Assembly (NCBI GenBank): GCA_050633305.1
Contig: JBOEGF010000014.1
Coordinates: forward strand, 96,001-160,000
From: Nannocystales bacterium
GTDB taxonomy: Bacteria > Myxococcota_A > Polyangia > Nannocystales > Nannocystaceae
Direction: 5' to 3'
DNA: 64,000 nt
The notes below the pieces were generated by a model, which did not search any database, had not been told where the DNA came from, and saw nothing but the letters and a program-made list of their open reading frames with translations. How positions within the stretch are numbered: the stretch's first letter is position 1; every line of letters starts with the position of its first letter. The position numbers and the translations under genes were made by a program. Positions 9,147 to 19,256 of the stretch are shown piece by piece.

Positions 9147-11459
9147 TCAGTCCGCGGTGAGCTTGGCGAGTTCGAGTTCGATACGCTCGACCCGGTCTGG
9201 GGGAACCTTGTGGCTTCGGGTTGCCTCGAGCGCTGTCTCCAGGACGTCTCGCGCGGCCTTGGTTTCCCCACGTGCGGCCCGGGCCCGTCCGAGGTGAAAC
9301 CCGACCGTGATGCAGGACCGCTCGGGGGGGTCGAGATGACTCCACGCAGTCTCGAGGACTTCGCTGGCTGCGTCGAGCTGGCCTTCTCCGAGCAAGACGG
9401 CGCCCAGATTGGCGGCGGCCATCGAGCGTCTCGGAGAGCCTTCCGGTTCGTGGAACTCGACGATCGTGAGGGCTTGGCGGAGCAGGTCGGCGGCGCGAGC
9501 GGGGTCGTTCGATTCGAGCATCAGCCCCAGGTCGTTGAGGCTGTTCGCGACCCAAGGGTGGGTGGGGCCAGCGACAGCGACCTCGATGGCCAGCGCCCGC
9601 TCCAGCGTGGCCACCCGGACGCTGGGCTCGCTCTGCTGGTGCGCGAGTTTTTGCAGCGCGTCCGCCACGCGGAGGTGTTGCTCGCCGTGAAGGTGCACGA
9701 GGATTCGGATGCCCCGTTCGATGAGCCAAGCACCGACCGACTTCGAGTCCCACTGCGCGAACCCGAGACCGATCAGCGCGACGGCGGCGTCCTCAGACCA
9801 CGGTCCGTCGTGCATGAGCACGAGGGCGAGACCGAGCGCATACCTCGGCGTGGCGTCTTGCGGGGCGTTGCGGTCGAGGGCGTCGGCTTGGGCGATCAGC
9901 CCCCGTCCGGTCCACCCGCTCCACAGGCCGCGGTGCGCCGTGGCCTCGCGGACCAGGCGGGTCGCGGTGGCGAGGGCATCGTCGTGTCGCGTGGCGCGTT
10001 CTTCCGCCAGCGACTGCACATGGAGTGCTTCGAGCCCGCGGGTGTCGCCGGGCTGAAGTTCGCGCGCCGCCACCGTCCATGCTGATGAGGCGAGTTCGGC
10101 CGCTGCGTCGTGCTCTCCTAGCGCAGACTGGGCGCGCGCGCTCAGCAACAGGAGGTCGAGGTTGTTCACGTCATCCGTGTCGAGCGTGGCTTCGGCCCGC
10201 TCGAGGATCGTCGCGACGGTGACCGCCTCACCCACATCCGAGCCCCGAACCCCGCGCAGGAGCATGCCCTCGAGAAAGTCCGAGGATCGCCGCGCCCGCG
10301 TGGCCTCTTGCCGTGCCCTGTCTCGTTCCAACTCGAGCGCCTGCTGTTGGAGCGTCAAGGTGACCGCGTAGGCGATGAGGAGCGCAAGGCAGAGGGCGGC
10401 GAGCGAGACGGCGACCGCGTGTGCTCTTGCAAACGCCCATGCCCGGTACACCCGGCCCTCTCGCGCGGCGACTCGGAGTCCTCCGGCCAACGCACGAAAG
10501 TCCGCCCCCAACGCGCCTGCGGATGCGTAGCGCTCCTCAGGCGACTCGGCCATGGCTCGCTTGAGTACGAAGTGGAGGTCGCCACTTCCGGTCCGCGGTG
10601 TCAGGCGTGCTTCGGACGGCCGGGGACCAACCAGAATACGCTCGGCGACGAGGCCGAGGGCATAGACATCTGCAGCGGTGCCTACGAACCGGCCCTCACG
10701 TTGTTCGGGTGCCGACCACCGAGGCGTGAAGGCACGATCCCCCGTCTTGGTGAGCTGGTCCGCCTCGGGCGATGAAAGCAACTTCGCGATGCCAAAGTCG
10801 AGGAGGACAGGATGACCGTTGTCCCGGACGCGAATGTTGGCGGGCTTGATGTCGCGGTGAACGATCAGCCTCCCATGCGCGTGCTCAACCGCGTCGCAGA
10901 GCCTGGCCAACAGGTGGAGCCGAGCTGAAATCTCGAGGTCTTGTTCGTCGAGGTGCTCGAGCAGGGAGGCGCCTCGAACGTATTCCATGATCAGGTACGG
11001 GACCCCTTGCCACGACCCGGCGTCGAGCAGCCGTGCGATGCCGGGGTGTTCGATCGCGGCGAGGATGCTGCGCTCACTCGCAAACCGCTGGACCAGCGCA
11101 GTGCGCACGACCTCCGCTCGGATGCGTTTGATCGCGACCTCCGTCTCGAACGCCCCATCGACTCGGCGGCCGCGGTACACCCGGCCCATCCCGCCCTCGC
11201 CGAGCACGTCTTCAACCCGGTAGGGCCCCACCTCGACGCCAATCCAGGGATCGGCCGGATCGGGGACGTCCAGAAGCATGGCTGGGGCGTCGAGGGGGCC
11301 GTCCTCTTCGGCGGCGCGCAGCAGTCGCATCGCGGATGCGAGCAACTCGGGCTCGTCGGAGAACAGTTTGCCGGCGCGGTCGGTGCGAACACTGGGCGGA
11401 AGATCGAGCAGTTCGTCCAGCGCGGCATCGAGTCGGGCGAAACGGTCGGCCGTAGACAT
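9147..11459 (-). CDS. Membrane Ser/Thr protein kinase with C-terminal TPRs
   Basis: Kinase motifs LGEGGMGRVY, VAIK, HRDIKPANI, DFGIAK and APE, then a TM helix and TPR-like HPWVANSLNDLG. Confidence 0.9.
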   Translation of the reverse strand: MSTADRFARLDAALDELLDLPPSVRTDRAGKLFSDEPELLASAMRLLRAAEEDGPLDAPAMLLDVPDPADPWIGVEVGPYRVEDVLGEGGMGRVYRGRRVDGAFETEVAIKRIRAEVVRTALVQRFASERSILAAIEHPGIARLLDAGSWQGVPYLIMEYVRGASLLEHLDEQDLEISARLHLLARLCDAVEHAHGRLIVHRDIKPANIRVRDNGHPVLLDFGIAKLLSSPEADQLTKTGDRAFTPRWSAPEQREGRFVGTAADVYALGLVAERILVGPRPSEARLTPRTGSGDLHFVLKRAMAESPEERYASAGALGADFRALAGGLRVAAREGRVYRAWAFARAHAVAVSLAALCLALLIAYAVTLTLQQQALELERDRARQEATRARRSSDFLEGMLLRGVRGSDVGEAVTVATILERAEATLDTDDVNNLDLLLLSARAQSALGEHDAAAELASSAWTVAARELQPGDTRGLEALHVQSLAEERATRHDDALATATRLVREATAHRGLWSGWTGRGLIAQADALDRNAPQDATPRYALGLALVLMHDGPWSEDAAVALIGLGFAQWDSKSVGAWLIERGIRILVHLHGEQHLRVADALQKLAHQQSEPSVRVATLERALAIEVAVAGPTHPWVANSLNDLGLMLESNDPARAADLLRQALTIVEFHEPEGSPRRSMAAANLGAVLLGEGQLDAASEVLETAWSHLDPPERSCITVGFHLGRARAARGETKAARDVLETALEATRSHKVPPDRVERIELELAKLTAD

Positions 11460-11462
11460 CTC

Positions 11463-14171
11463 TCAATCCCTGTTGGGTGCGCACGGCGGGAACTCGGCAA
11501 TCGCCTGTCCCCAGCCGACAAGGGAGGCCCGGAGCCCTGCTCGCGCTTCCTCGGAGATGCCCTCCGCGCTGTCGATCCGCACCCGGGCTTGGCTCTGCGC
11601 GGCCGCGGGGTCACAGACAGCGTGCGCTTGGCACATCAGCGCCGCGACCCCAAGTTCGAGACGGGTCGTCGCATCGGCGGCGAGCTTGGACGCACGTGTC
11701 GCGAGAGATTCGGCGAGCTGTGCCTCGCCTCGGGCAAGCTCGAGCTGTGCGAGCAGCGAGAGTCCGTCGACCAGGTCGGGGTGGTCCGACTTCACGACCC
11801 TCTCCTCGAGTTCGAGACCGAGCCGGACCTCCGCGACGGCTTCGTCCAGCCTTCCGATCATCATCAGCATGCGACCGTGGTTGATGTGGAGGCTCGCGAG
11901 GCGGCGGTCTTCGGTGGTGAGGGATTCGGAGGCGAGGGCGAGAACCTCGACCATCATTCTTTCCGCCTCGAGGGGGTCACCGCGCATCGCCTCGAGGATG
12001 GCGCGCGACTCTCTTGCCATCACGCGTTCCGCGGCTCCGCCTTCGACGTTGGCAAAGATCGCGGCGGCAGATTCGAGCTGTTTCTGGGCCGAGTCGAGCT
12101 GCCCGAGTTCGATCAGCGTGCGCCCCAGCATGAAGCGCGAATGACCGACCTCCCGGTGGTCGTCGCCCAGCGCTTGTGACCGTTGCTCGATCGCGAGCCG
12201 GAACTCGGTTTCGGCCTGTTTGTGCTCCCGCAGCGAGGAGTAGAGGTCGCCGAGGTTGTTGTGCAGCGTCCCGGTCTGCCCGGGGCCGAGGAAGGGGCCC
12301 TCCGATTCGAGGAGCGCTTCCAGTTGCTCGACGGCCCGATTCGACTCGCCCTGATGGCGCAAGACGACTGCGCCACGCAGGCCCAGATTGAAGCGCTCGT
12401 GGTGTGAGAGGTCCAGCGACTCGGCACGGCTGGTGGCGCGGTCCATCCACACTTCCCCCGCAGGAATGCGATCGAGCTCCGAGGCTTCGACGAATCCAAG
12501 GACCGAGGCCACTTGCACGAACGCGACATCGTCCCTGGCCCGGTCGGCGGCACGCGCGGCCCGGAGCCAGGCATCTCTTGCCTCCGAGGTGCGGTCGAGC
12601 TGACGGAGGGCTTCTGCCCGTGAATGCTCGACGGCATGGGTGACCGACGGATGTGTGGAAGTATCCAGAGCCACCGCCTCGAGGACCTGCAGGGCAGCTT
12701 GGGCGTCGTTGGCGAGGGTCGCTGCGGCGTACTGTTGGGCAGCAACCTGCAGCAACGTGTCGTATCGATCTCGCTCAGGACCCGGTGGTGGTGGTGGCAC
12801 TTGGCGGAGAATGGCTTGAGTTCGGCAGCGGTTGCTGTCGCGGCCGAGGGCGGGGCGGGTCGCGGCACGCTGCAACACATCGCGACCCCCGCGCTCGAGC
12901 TGTTGCACGAAGGCCTCCACCACGACCCGGTCCGCGTGCAAGCACGCCATCCGTTGGTCGAGCAATGCCTCGGACTGGGTCTCGTGAATGTGGGTGGCCT
13001 CGCAGGACTCCCGCCATGCGGTGCTCCAGCGCGCTTCGAAGGCGTCGAGCTGCTCGCGAATGGCTGGCCACGCGGGGGCGCCTACATATTGTCGATCGAG
13101 GGCTCTGCGGATGTCGGCATCCCAGACCCCGGTGAGTTGCTCGCTCGCAGCTGTGCACGGTGCCGGGCCTCCGAGCATCGAGACGGTACCGGCCGCGGCG
13201 AGGACGCCCAGGCCAGCACCCGCGAGTCCGAGCGACCTGCGCCGCTGTCGAACCGGATCCAACGCACGCAGCAGGGCGCGCATGTCCGGATGTCGATCGC
13301 CCGGAGCGAGCTGGAGGCCGCGCTCGACCTCTCGCCAGACCCAGCCTGGCATCTTGGCACCCGGATTCTCGTACGCGCCGTCCAGCACGGCTTGGGTGAG
13401 CTTGATGAGGCCGCGCTGCGGGAACGGTCTCTTGCCAACGAACGCCTCATACAAAGCGACGCAGAATGCGAACTGATCCGAGGCCGGTGTCGCACGCTCG
13501 TAGCAGTGCTGCTCAGGAGCCATGTACGCAGGCGTCCCTGCGCCGTGGGTGGCGCCGTCTTGGCTGCCGTCTCGGAGAGTTTCCGGGTCCATCCGCGTCC
13601 GGGCGAGCCCAAAGTCGAGCACCACGGTGCGGCCCGAACTGTCCACCATCACGTTGGCGGGCTTGAAGTCTCCGTGAATGATGCCCGCGTCATGGGCAGC
13701 GGCGAGTGCGGCGCCCGCCTCCAGGTAGTGGTGCAGAAGCTCGCGGGCGCTGGGTTTGTTGTCTCGCTGCCAGGTGTCGAACGTCTTGCCCTCGACGTAC
13801 TCCATCGCGATGAAGAGCTCGCCCTCATGCCAGCCGATGTCGTAGACCGAGACGATGTTGGGATGTCGCAGGGACGCCAGCGCTCGTCCCTCGCGGAGGA
13901 GTTGGTTGGCGCCACTGGAGGTGTGCGTCGCGCGTCCCTCGAACAGAACCTTGATCGCGACGCGTCGGTCGAGTTCTCGGTCATGGGCGGAGAACACTCG
14001 TCCCATCCCGCCGCTGCCGAGCGCGTCGAGCACGAGGTAGCGCGCCACCTCCGTGCCCCGGCGGATCGTCGGGCTTGGAGAGGGGAGCTTGTCCTCCTCG
14101 GGGTGCGTCACAGCCACGCTTGCGGGCTGGGCGGTGGCGGAGCCGTCGGAAACCACGGTCGAGCGGACCAT
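11463..14171 (-). CDS. Membrane Ser/Thr protein kinase with C-terminal TPRs
   Basis: Kinase motifs LGSGGMGRVF, VAIK, HGDFKPANV, DFGLAR and GTPAYMAPE, then a TM helix and TPRs (LHNNLG). Start is uncertain. Confidence 0.9.
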   Translation of the reverse strand: MVRSTVVSDGSATAQPASVAVTHPEEDKLPSPSPTIRRGTEVARYLVLDALGSGGMGRVFSAHDRELDRRVAIKVLFEGRATHTSSGANQLLREGRALASLRHPNIVSVYDIGWHEGELFIAMEYVEGKTFDTWQRDNKPSARELLHHYLEAGAALAAAHDAGIIHGDFKPANVMVDSSGRTVVLDFGLARTRMDPETLRDGSQDGATHGAGTPAYMAPEQHCYERATPASDQFAFCVALYEAFVGKRPFPQRGLIKLTQAVLDGAYENPGAKMPGWVWREVERGLQLAPGDRHPDMRALLRALDPVRQRRRSLGLAGAGLGVLAAAGTVSMLGGPAPCTAASEQLTGVWDADIRRALDRQYVGAPAWPAIREQLDAFEARWSTAWRESCEATHIHETQSEALLDQRMACLHADRVVVEAFVQQLERGGRDVLQRAATRPALGRDSNRCRTQAILRQVPPPPPGPERDRYDTLLQVAAQQYAAATLANDAQAALQVLEAVALDTSTHPSVTHAVEHSRAEALRQLDRTSEARDAWLRAARAADRARDDVAFVQVASVLGFVEASELDRIPAGEVWMDRATSRAESLDLSHHERFNLGLRGAVVLRHQGESNRAVEQLEALLESEGPFLGPGQTGTLHNNLGDLYSSLREHKQAETEFRLAIEQRSQALGDDHREVGHSRFMLGRTLIELGQLDSAQKQLESAAAIFANVEGGAAERVMARESRAILEAMRGDPLEAERMMVEVLALASESLTTEDRRLASLHINHGRMLMMIGRLDEAVAEVRLGLELEERVVKSDHPDLVDGLSLLAQLELARGEAQLAESLATRASKLAADATTRLELGVAALMCQAHAVCDPAAAQSQARVRIDSAEGISEEARAGLRASLVGWGQAIAEFPPCAPNRD

Positions 14172-14230
14172 AACAAGCGGGCGTTGGCCATGCGGCAGAA
14201 GACGTGCGGACTGGAGTAGTCTTGCCGCGC

Positions 14231-15160
14231 ATGCTCCGTGCTTCGCTCTCGCTGATGGCGCTCGTGTTGGCCGGGTGTTCCGCGCTTCCACACCCGGTCG
14301 AGCCGCTCCAGGGGCCACTCGCGGTCGCCTCGGAGCCAGCACCCAACAGCTGGAACGAGGTCTTTGCGGAACCTTCGGACGTGGAGGTGCGGGTCGAGGT
14401 CGCTGCGCATTGGCTCACTTGGCGCCGCGGGCTCATCGACTTCAGCCATCCCACGGCGAAGCGGAGCGAGCTCGAGGCCGGTCCGCAGCTCATCTCGCTG
14501 CTCGTTGGGGTCATCCGGCACCCCGAGCATGGAGACTTTCTGATCGATACGGGGATCGACCGCAGCCTTGCGGAGGGAAAGCCCGAGGCGGTCCGCGGCT
14601 CTGTGGAGCGTCTCCTCGAGACGCTGATGCCGGTTGAGGACATCTCGTCGATGCGGCGGAGGCTCTCCCTCGACCTGCGTGGCGTCTTCCTCACGCACAC
14701 GCACTTCGACCACGTCCTGGGTCTGCCGGACTTACCCACGGACCTTCCGGTCTACGTCGGAGAACGCGAAGCCGATCGTGGTGGACTCGTCGGGACGTTG
14801 TCTCGCCGCGGCCACAAGCAGCTCTTCTCGGGCAGACCACCCTTGAGCGGACTCCGTGAGGCCGATGGCATTCCGCTTGGGCCGTTCTCATACGCCATCG
14901 ACCTGTTCGGAGACCGTTCTGTGTGGGGGATCCCGATGGCCGGGCATACCGACGGCTCGATGGTGTACCTGGTCAACGCGAAGAACGGACCGGTCCTGTT
15001 CCTGGGAGACACGTCGCACACGCGGTGGGGGTGGGAGCACAGCGTCGGCCCGGGATGGTTTAGCGAAGACTCCGAGACGAACGCTCGCGAGCTCGAGACA
15101 CTACGTGTCTTCGCGGCGTCTCATCCGCAGGTCCGAGTCGTGGTCGGCCACGAGTTCTAG
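14231..15160 (+). CDS. MBL-fold metallo-hydrolase lipoprotein (AHL-lactonase-like subfamily)
   Basis: Lipobox LAGC. Motifs LIDTG, THTHFDH, GHTDGS, LGDTSH and C-terminal GH. Confidence 0.85.
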   Translation: MLRASLSLMALVLAGCSALPHPVEPLQGPLAVASEPAPNSWNEVFAEPSDVEVRVEVAAHWLTWRRGLIDFSHPTAKRSELEAGPQLISLLVGVIRHPEHGDFLIDTGIDRSLAEGKPEAVRGSVERLLETLMPVEDISSMRRRLSLDLRGVFLTHTHFDHVLGLPDLPTDLPVYVGEREADRGGLVGTLSRRGHKQLFSGRPPLSGLREADGIPLGPFSYAIDLFGDRSVWGIPMAGHTDGSMVYLVNAKNGPVLFLGDTSHTRWGWEHSVGPGWFSEDSETNARELETLRVFAASHPQVRVVVGHEF

Positions 15161-15165
15161 CCGAT

Positions 15166-15606
15166 CTAGCGCTGCGCTTTGCCGAGCTTTCTGAACTCCC
15201 CGGTCCCCCCGCTGGTGCGGGTGGTGTACCGGCCAACGTCATGGGCGGGTTCGACCGAGATGTTTTCGCGAGTCTCTCGATACGAAGGGAACTCGCTTTG
15301 GGGCTTCCGGCCGACGAACTCCAGCTCGCATCCGCCCATCGTCACCACATCGCCCGCTCGCAGCGGGGTTGGCTGCACGATCTGGGTCCCGTTGACGTAG
15401 GTGCCGTTGGTGCTCGCGACGTCGGCCACGGCCAACGTTTCGCCGTCATCGTGGAAAATGGCGTGTTCGCGCGAGATGCCCGCTTCGCCCAGGACGACGT
15501 CGCAGGAGGGGTCACGGCCTGCCACCATGCGGTGGCGTATCTCGAGCAGAGCGCCCGCATTGGGCCCTTTTACGATGTAGAGGCACGCCCGCCGGCGCTC
15601 GGCCAT
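15166..15606 (-). CDS. FHA domain protein
   Basis: GRDPSCDVVL..ISREHA, STNGTYVNG and LRAGDVVTMG. Confidence 0.85.
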   Translation of the reverse strand: MAERRRACLYIVKGPNAGALLEIRHRMVAGRDPSCDVVLGEAGISREHAIFHDDGETLAVADVASTNGTYVNGTQIVQPTPLRAGDVVTMGGCELEFVGRKPQSEFPSYRETRENISVEPAHDVGRYTTRTSGGTGEFRKLGKAQR

Positions 15607-15833
15607 GTCAGGATTTCCAAGCTGATCGATGTCCTTAGGCTACGCGAGAAGCCCCCGACGCGCTGCCGTTTTCAACCGATGTTGGGGTCGCCGAAGGTGC
15701 GCCGGGGTCTCGCAACCTCGGATCGAGACCGTAGTGTACTGGAGCTTGCGCGTCTTGCCGAACGACTGGGGCTAGGAGGCGACGGCTGTAACGTGGGATG
15801 GCTGGCTACGTCTACGAGCTGCGGCCGTGACGC

Positions 15834-16493
15834 TCAGTCGCCAAATCGGCGTACACGTGCGTGGCAGTAGGGGGTCTTCCCCGTTCGTGCGTAGTAGTCC
15901 TGGTGGTAGCCCTCGGCGATCCAGAAGTCGCCGGCGCCTCGTACCGTCGTGGCCACATCGTAGCCTCGCTCCCGCAGAATCTCGATCAGCTCTTCGGTGT
16001 CCTTCTTCTGGGCGTCGTCGACTGCGAACACCGCGGAGAGGTACTGGTTGCCGATGTCGGGTCCCTGGCCATCTTGCTGCGTCGGATCGTGGATCTCGAA
16101 GAACCGCTTGGCCAACTCGCGGTACTGAACCTTCGACGGGTCATAGCGGATCCGGACGGTCTCGAGGTGGCCTGTCGCGTGGGTCAGGACATCGTCGTAC
16201 GTTGGGTTGTCCGTGGTGCCGCCCATGTACCCGGACTCCACGGCGAGCACGCCGTCCATCTGTTCGAGGTAGTGCTCCACGCCCCAGAAGCAGCCACCGG
16301 CGAAGTACGCGAACTGTTGGCTCTGCGGAGCTTGTGTTGCACCGCGTTCGAGCTGCGTGTCAGGAGATGGTGCTTGGCTCGAGGCGGTCTCGGACGCGGG
16401 GGCCCCGGTGCACGCTCCGAGAAAAACCGCCGCGGCCACAACCATGGGCCAGTGCGGCTTGAAAGAGACGACACGTCGTGGAAAGCGGAGCAT
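15834..16493 (-). CDS. msrA: Peptide-methionine (S)-S-oxide reductase, exported (lipoprotein-like N-terminus)
   Basis: Motifs FAGGCFWG, SGYMGG, HDPTQ..QGPDIGNQY and AEGYHQDY. LGAC lipobox. Start is uncertain (16445-16505). Confidence 0.92.
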   Translation of the reverse strand: MLRFPRRVVSFKPHWPMVVAAAVFLGACTGAPASETASSQAPSPDTQLERGATQAPQSQQFAYFAGGCFWGVEHYLEQMDGVLAVESGYMGGTTDNPTYDDVLTHATGHLETVRIRYDPSKVQYRELAKRFFEIHDPTQQDGQGPDIGNQYLSAVFAVDDAQKKDTEELIEILRERGYDVATTVRGAGDFWIAEGYHQDYYARTGKTPYCHARVRRFGD

Positions 16494-16560
16494 CGGCGTG
16501 GACATCGTGCAGAGTCTACGGGCCAGTGCTGCAGATGCTACGTCTTGTGGCGTGTCTCTG

Positions 16561-18150
16561 ATGGACCTCGACGTCTTGGTGCTCGATGCCCAAGCCACGG
16601 GTGCTTCGCCGAGGCATGGCAACCTGCTCGAACTCGGCTGGGCCTGGGCCCAGGCACACGAAACCGACGTCGAGGTGCGGGCGCGTTTGATCGCCCAATC
16701 CGAGGGCAGCGAACTCCCCAAAATCATCACCCGGGTCACCGGCATCGATGACACGATGCTGGAGCGTGCCCGGCCACTCGATGAGGTTTGGTCGGAGGTC
16801 GCGGCGACATGCGCCAAGCGAGCGCCTACCCGAGCCGTCATCCACTGCGCGCGCTTTGAGCTTTCGTTCTTGCAGTCTCTGATGCCGCTGGGGAAGGCGC
16901 TGCCCTTTGACACCCTTTGTACGCTCGAGCTTGCCCGGCGGTTACTGCCGGGGCTGCCACGTCGCGGATTGCGAGCATTGGCGGGCTATTTCGGCCTTGG
17001 CGTCGAGCAGCTTCGGCGCAGCGAGGACCACGTGCGGGCGACCGCATTTGTGTGGCACCACCTCGCCGCGATGCTCGCCGGGAAAGGGATCGAGGACTGG
17101 GATGACGCAGTCGCGCTCACCCACGAGGACGCGCCGAAGCGGGGGCGCAAGGAGTTTCCGATCCCCAGGGAGACTCGGCTCGCACTTCCCGACGAGCCGG
17201 GCGTCTACCGCATGCTCCGGAGCAACGGAGACGTGCTCTACGTCGGCAAGGCCACGTCGCTCAAGCGCCGTGTGAACAGCTACTTCCAGAAACAATCGCG
17301 CCGGGATGAGCGAGTGCTGGAGTTGCTCTCGCAGGTTCGAGACCTCGACATCACACGCACCGCCACGCCGCTCGAGGCGGCGCTGCTCGAGACCGATACC
17401 ATCAAGCTGCTGGAGCCGCCGTACAACGTGGCGTTGCTCTCGGAAACACGGGAGCCGTGCTTCGTCTCCCGGGACCTGCTCGAGGTTTCGACGGAGCACT
17501 CCGACGCATCTCCTCTGGGTCCGATCCCCTCCTCGTGGCGACAGAGACGATTCGTGGGGTTGTCTCAACTTCTTGCCGGGGACACGTCCGAGCAGGCCGT
17601 GGCCCGAGCCTTTGGGTGGACACCCGAGGAGCTGCCCGAGGATATCTTGGTGGAGGGTCTTCGAGCGTTTGAAGACCGAAACGTCGGGGCGGGGCGGTCG
17701 GCTGCTGGGTTCCGGGCGGCTGGGATGCGTCGCTGGAACACTCAGGCTCGAAAAGAAGACCCCGCCGAAGGAGTGGACGAAGACGACGACACCTGGGATG
17801 TGGCCCGCGTTTTGCGAAACCTCGAAGACACCTTGGTGTTCTTCGCGCTCGAACTCCGCAGAGGTGCTTGGCTTCGGCGGTTGAGCAACGCATCGATGAG
17901 CTTCGATGACGGTGTGCAACGAACGTTGGTGATGCGCGGCGGTCGGGTCCGCTCGCGGCGTGACGGCCACCAGCTCAAACTCGTTCGCCCCGGCGTGCCG
18001 ACGTTCGACATCGCGACGTACGACCGCCTGAGGGTGCTGACCACCGAGCTGCGCCGCGTCGTGCAGGACGGAGGTTCGGTGTCGATGCAGTTTGCCGGGG
18101 GCCGGGTGCTGAGCCCGGACGCTGTCGCCCGTATGCTTCCCTGGGTGTAG
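16561..18150 (+). CDS. DnaQ/DEDDh-like exonuclease domain (degenerate motifs) fused to UvrC/Cho-like GIY-YIG nuclease
   Basis: N-terminal VLDAQATG, ITRVTGI and LCTLELARRLLP. GIY-YIG: LPDEPGVYRM..YVGKATSLKRRVNSYF..ALLE..PPYN. Confidence 0.85.
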   Translation: MDLDVLVLDAQATGASPRHGNLLELGWAWAQAHETDVEVRARLIAQSEGSELPKIITRVTGIDDTMLERARPLDEVWSEVAATCAKRAPTRAVIHCARFELSFLQSLMPLGKALPFDTLCTLELARRLLPGLPRRGLRALAGYFGLGVEQLRRSEDHVRATAFVWHHLAAMLAGKGIEDWDDAVALTHEDAPKRGRKEFPIPRETRLALPDEPGVYRMLRSNGDVLYVGKATSLKRRVNSYFQKQSRRDERVLELLSQVRDLDITRTATPLEAALLETDTIKLLEPPYNVALLSETREPCFVSRDLLEVSTEHSDASPLGPIPSSWRQRRFVGLSQLLAGDTSEQAVARAFGWTPEELPEDILVEGLRAFEDRNVGAGRSAAGFRAAGMRRWNTQARKEDPAEGVDEDDDTWDVARVLRNLEDTLVFFALELRRGAWLRRLSNASMSFDDGVQRTLVMRGGRVRSRRDGHQLKLVRPGVPTFDIATYDRLRVLTTELRRVVQDGGSVSMQFAGGRVLSPDAVARMLPWV

Positions 18151-18191
18151 CGGCCCGTGGTGCGTGAAAGAGGTGGCTCAGACTCTCCACA

Positions 18192-19217
18192 CTACGACGC
18201 GCAACAGAGCGTGACGGCTTGGCTCGGGGTGGCTTCCCCCGAGGGCACAACGTCGGAGGCCTCGCAGCTGCCGTTGTCGACGACGGCGCTCACCGAGTAG
18301 GACCCCGACACGGCGATGTTCGTGCACGCGCCAAGGGGAACCTCTTGGCCGGTGCCGCCGCAGGAGCCACTGTCGTACGCGAACGCTTGCGCGTCGCAGG
18401 TGCTGGGCCCACTGCACGTGCAGCCTTCGCAGGTGCGTTGGTCATCGAACGAGCGGTGCACGAGGGTCCGAGCACTCCAACCGTCGCCGGGGCACTCCAC
18501 GTCGCCCTCGCTCGAGATGCACAGTTGCGTGGCGTAACCCTCCGGGCTCTGTGCGATGCAGACGTCCGAGCCGCAGTCGCCGCCCCGTGCCGGGGCGGCG
18601 CAGAATGTGGTTGCAGAGGCCCACGTTGCCTCCGGGGTCGCGGTGATGACGTCCGCGACGCACGAGACGGGAGCTCCAGCCTGTTCGGCTCGCATGCGGA
18701 TGTTGGCGCCCACCGCTTCATACGCGCGGCATGTCCCATCTTCCAGCGTGTCGCTCACCAGGGGGCCGAAGCACGCGGCGGTGATCGTGAGCTCGAAGTC
18801 GACGCGACAGTCCCCGACTTCCTCAACGCAGTTGCATGTGCAGTCGGAAGCCTCGGCGGTCAGTCCGCTGAACCCGAGGTCTTGCCGGGCGAACCCGGTG
18901 GGACAGTCGATCGGATTTGCGGCCTCCACGACGTGGAAGGGACCATTCCAGCCGCCCGGAACGGTTGGCGCGCATGAGTCGACGCAGGGTTCGTCGTTGG
19001 CGACGGAGGTGGAGCCGGCGACGGAGGATGTGGAGCCCTCGCCACCTTCTGACGCGTGGCTGGTACCGCTCTCTGTGTCGCTTCCGGACGCCGTCGGCTC
19101 GGTTCCCATGGATGAACCGAGCTCGTTGGAGTCATTCGTACCGTCGCTCTCGAACGAGCAACCAATGCCCGCGATGACGATGACGAGCCCGGAAAATCGC
19201 CGTGCAACCTTCCCCAT
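18192..19217 (-). CDS. Cys-rich hypothetical lipoprotein
   Basis: Lipobox-like GIGC, S/T/G linker, then a Cys-rich domain ending VTLCC. Confidence 0.75.
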   Translation of the reverse strand: MGKVARRFSGLVIVIAGIGCSFESDGTNDSNELGSSMGTEPTASGSDTESGTSHASEGGEGSTSSVAGSTSVANDEPCVDSCAPTVPGGWNGPFHVVEAANPIDCPTGFARQDLGFSGLTAEASDCTCNCVEEVGDCRVDFELTITAACFGPLVSDTLEDGTCRAYEAVGANIRMRAEQAGAPVSCVADVITATPEATWASATTFCAAPARGGDCGSDVCIAQSPEGYATQLCISSEGDVECPGDGWSARTLVHRSFDDQRTCEGCTCSGPSTCDAQAFAYDSGSCGGTGQEVPLGACTNIAVSGSYSVSAVVDNGSCEASDVVPSGEATPSQAVTLCCAS

Positions 19218-19256
19218 TGTGGAGAGCGTACCAGCGCTGCTCCGCGGTGGGAGGGC

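Noticed and set aside
15607..15833. Intergenic GGTCTCG...CGAGACC hairpin
   Set aside because: A short stem expected by chance in high-GC DNA, with no U-tract or other support.
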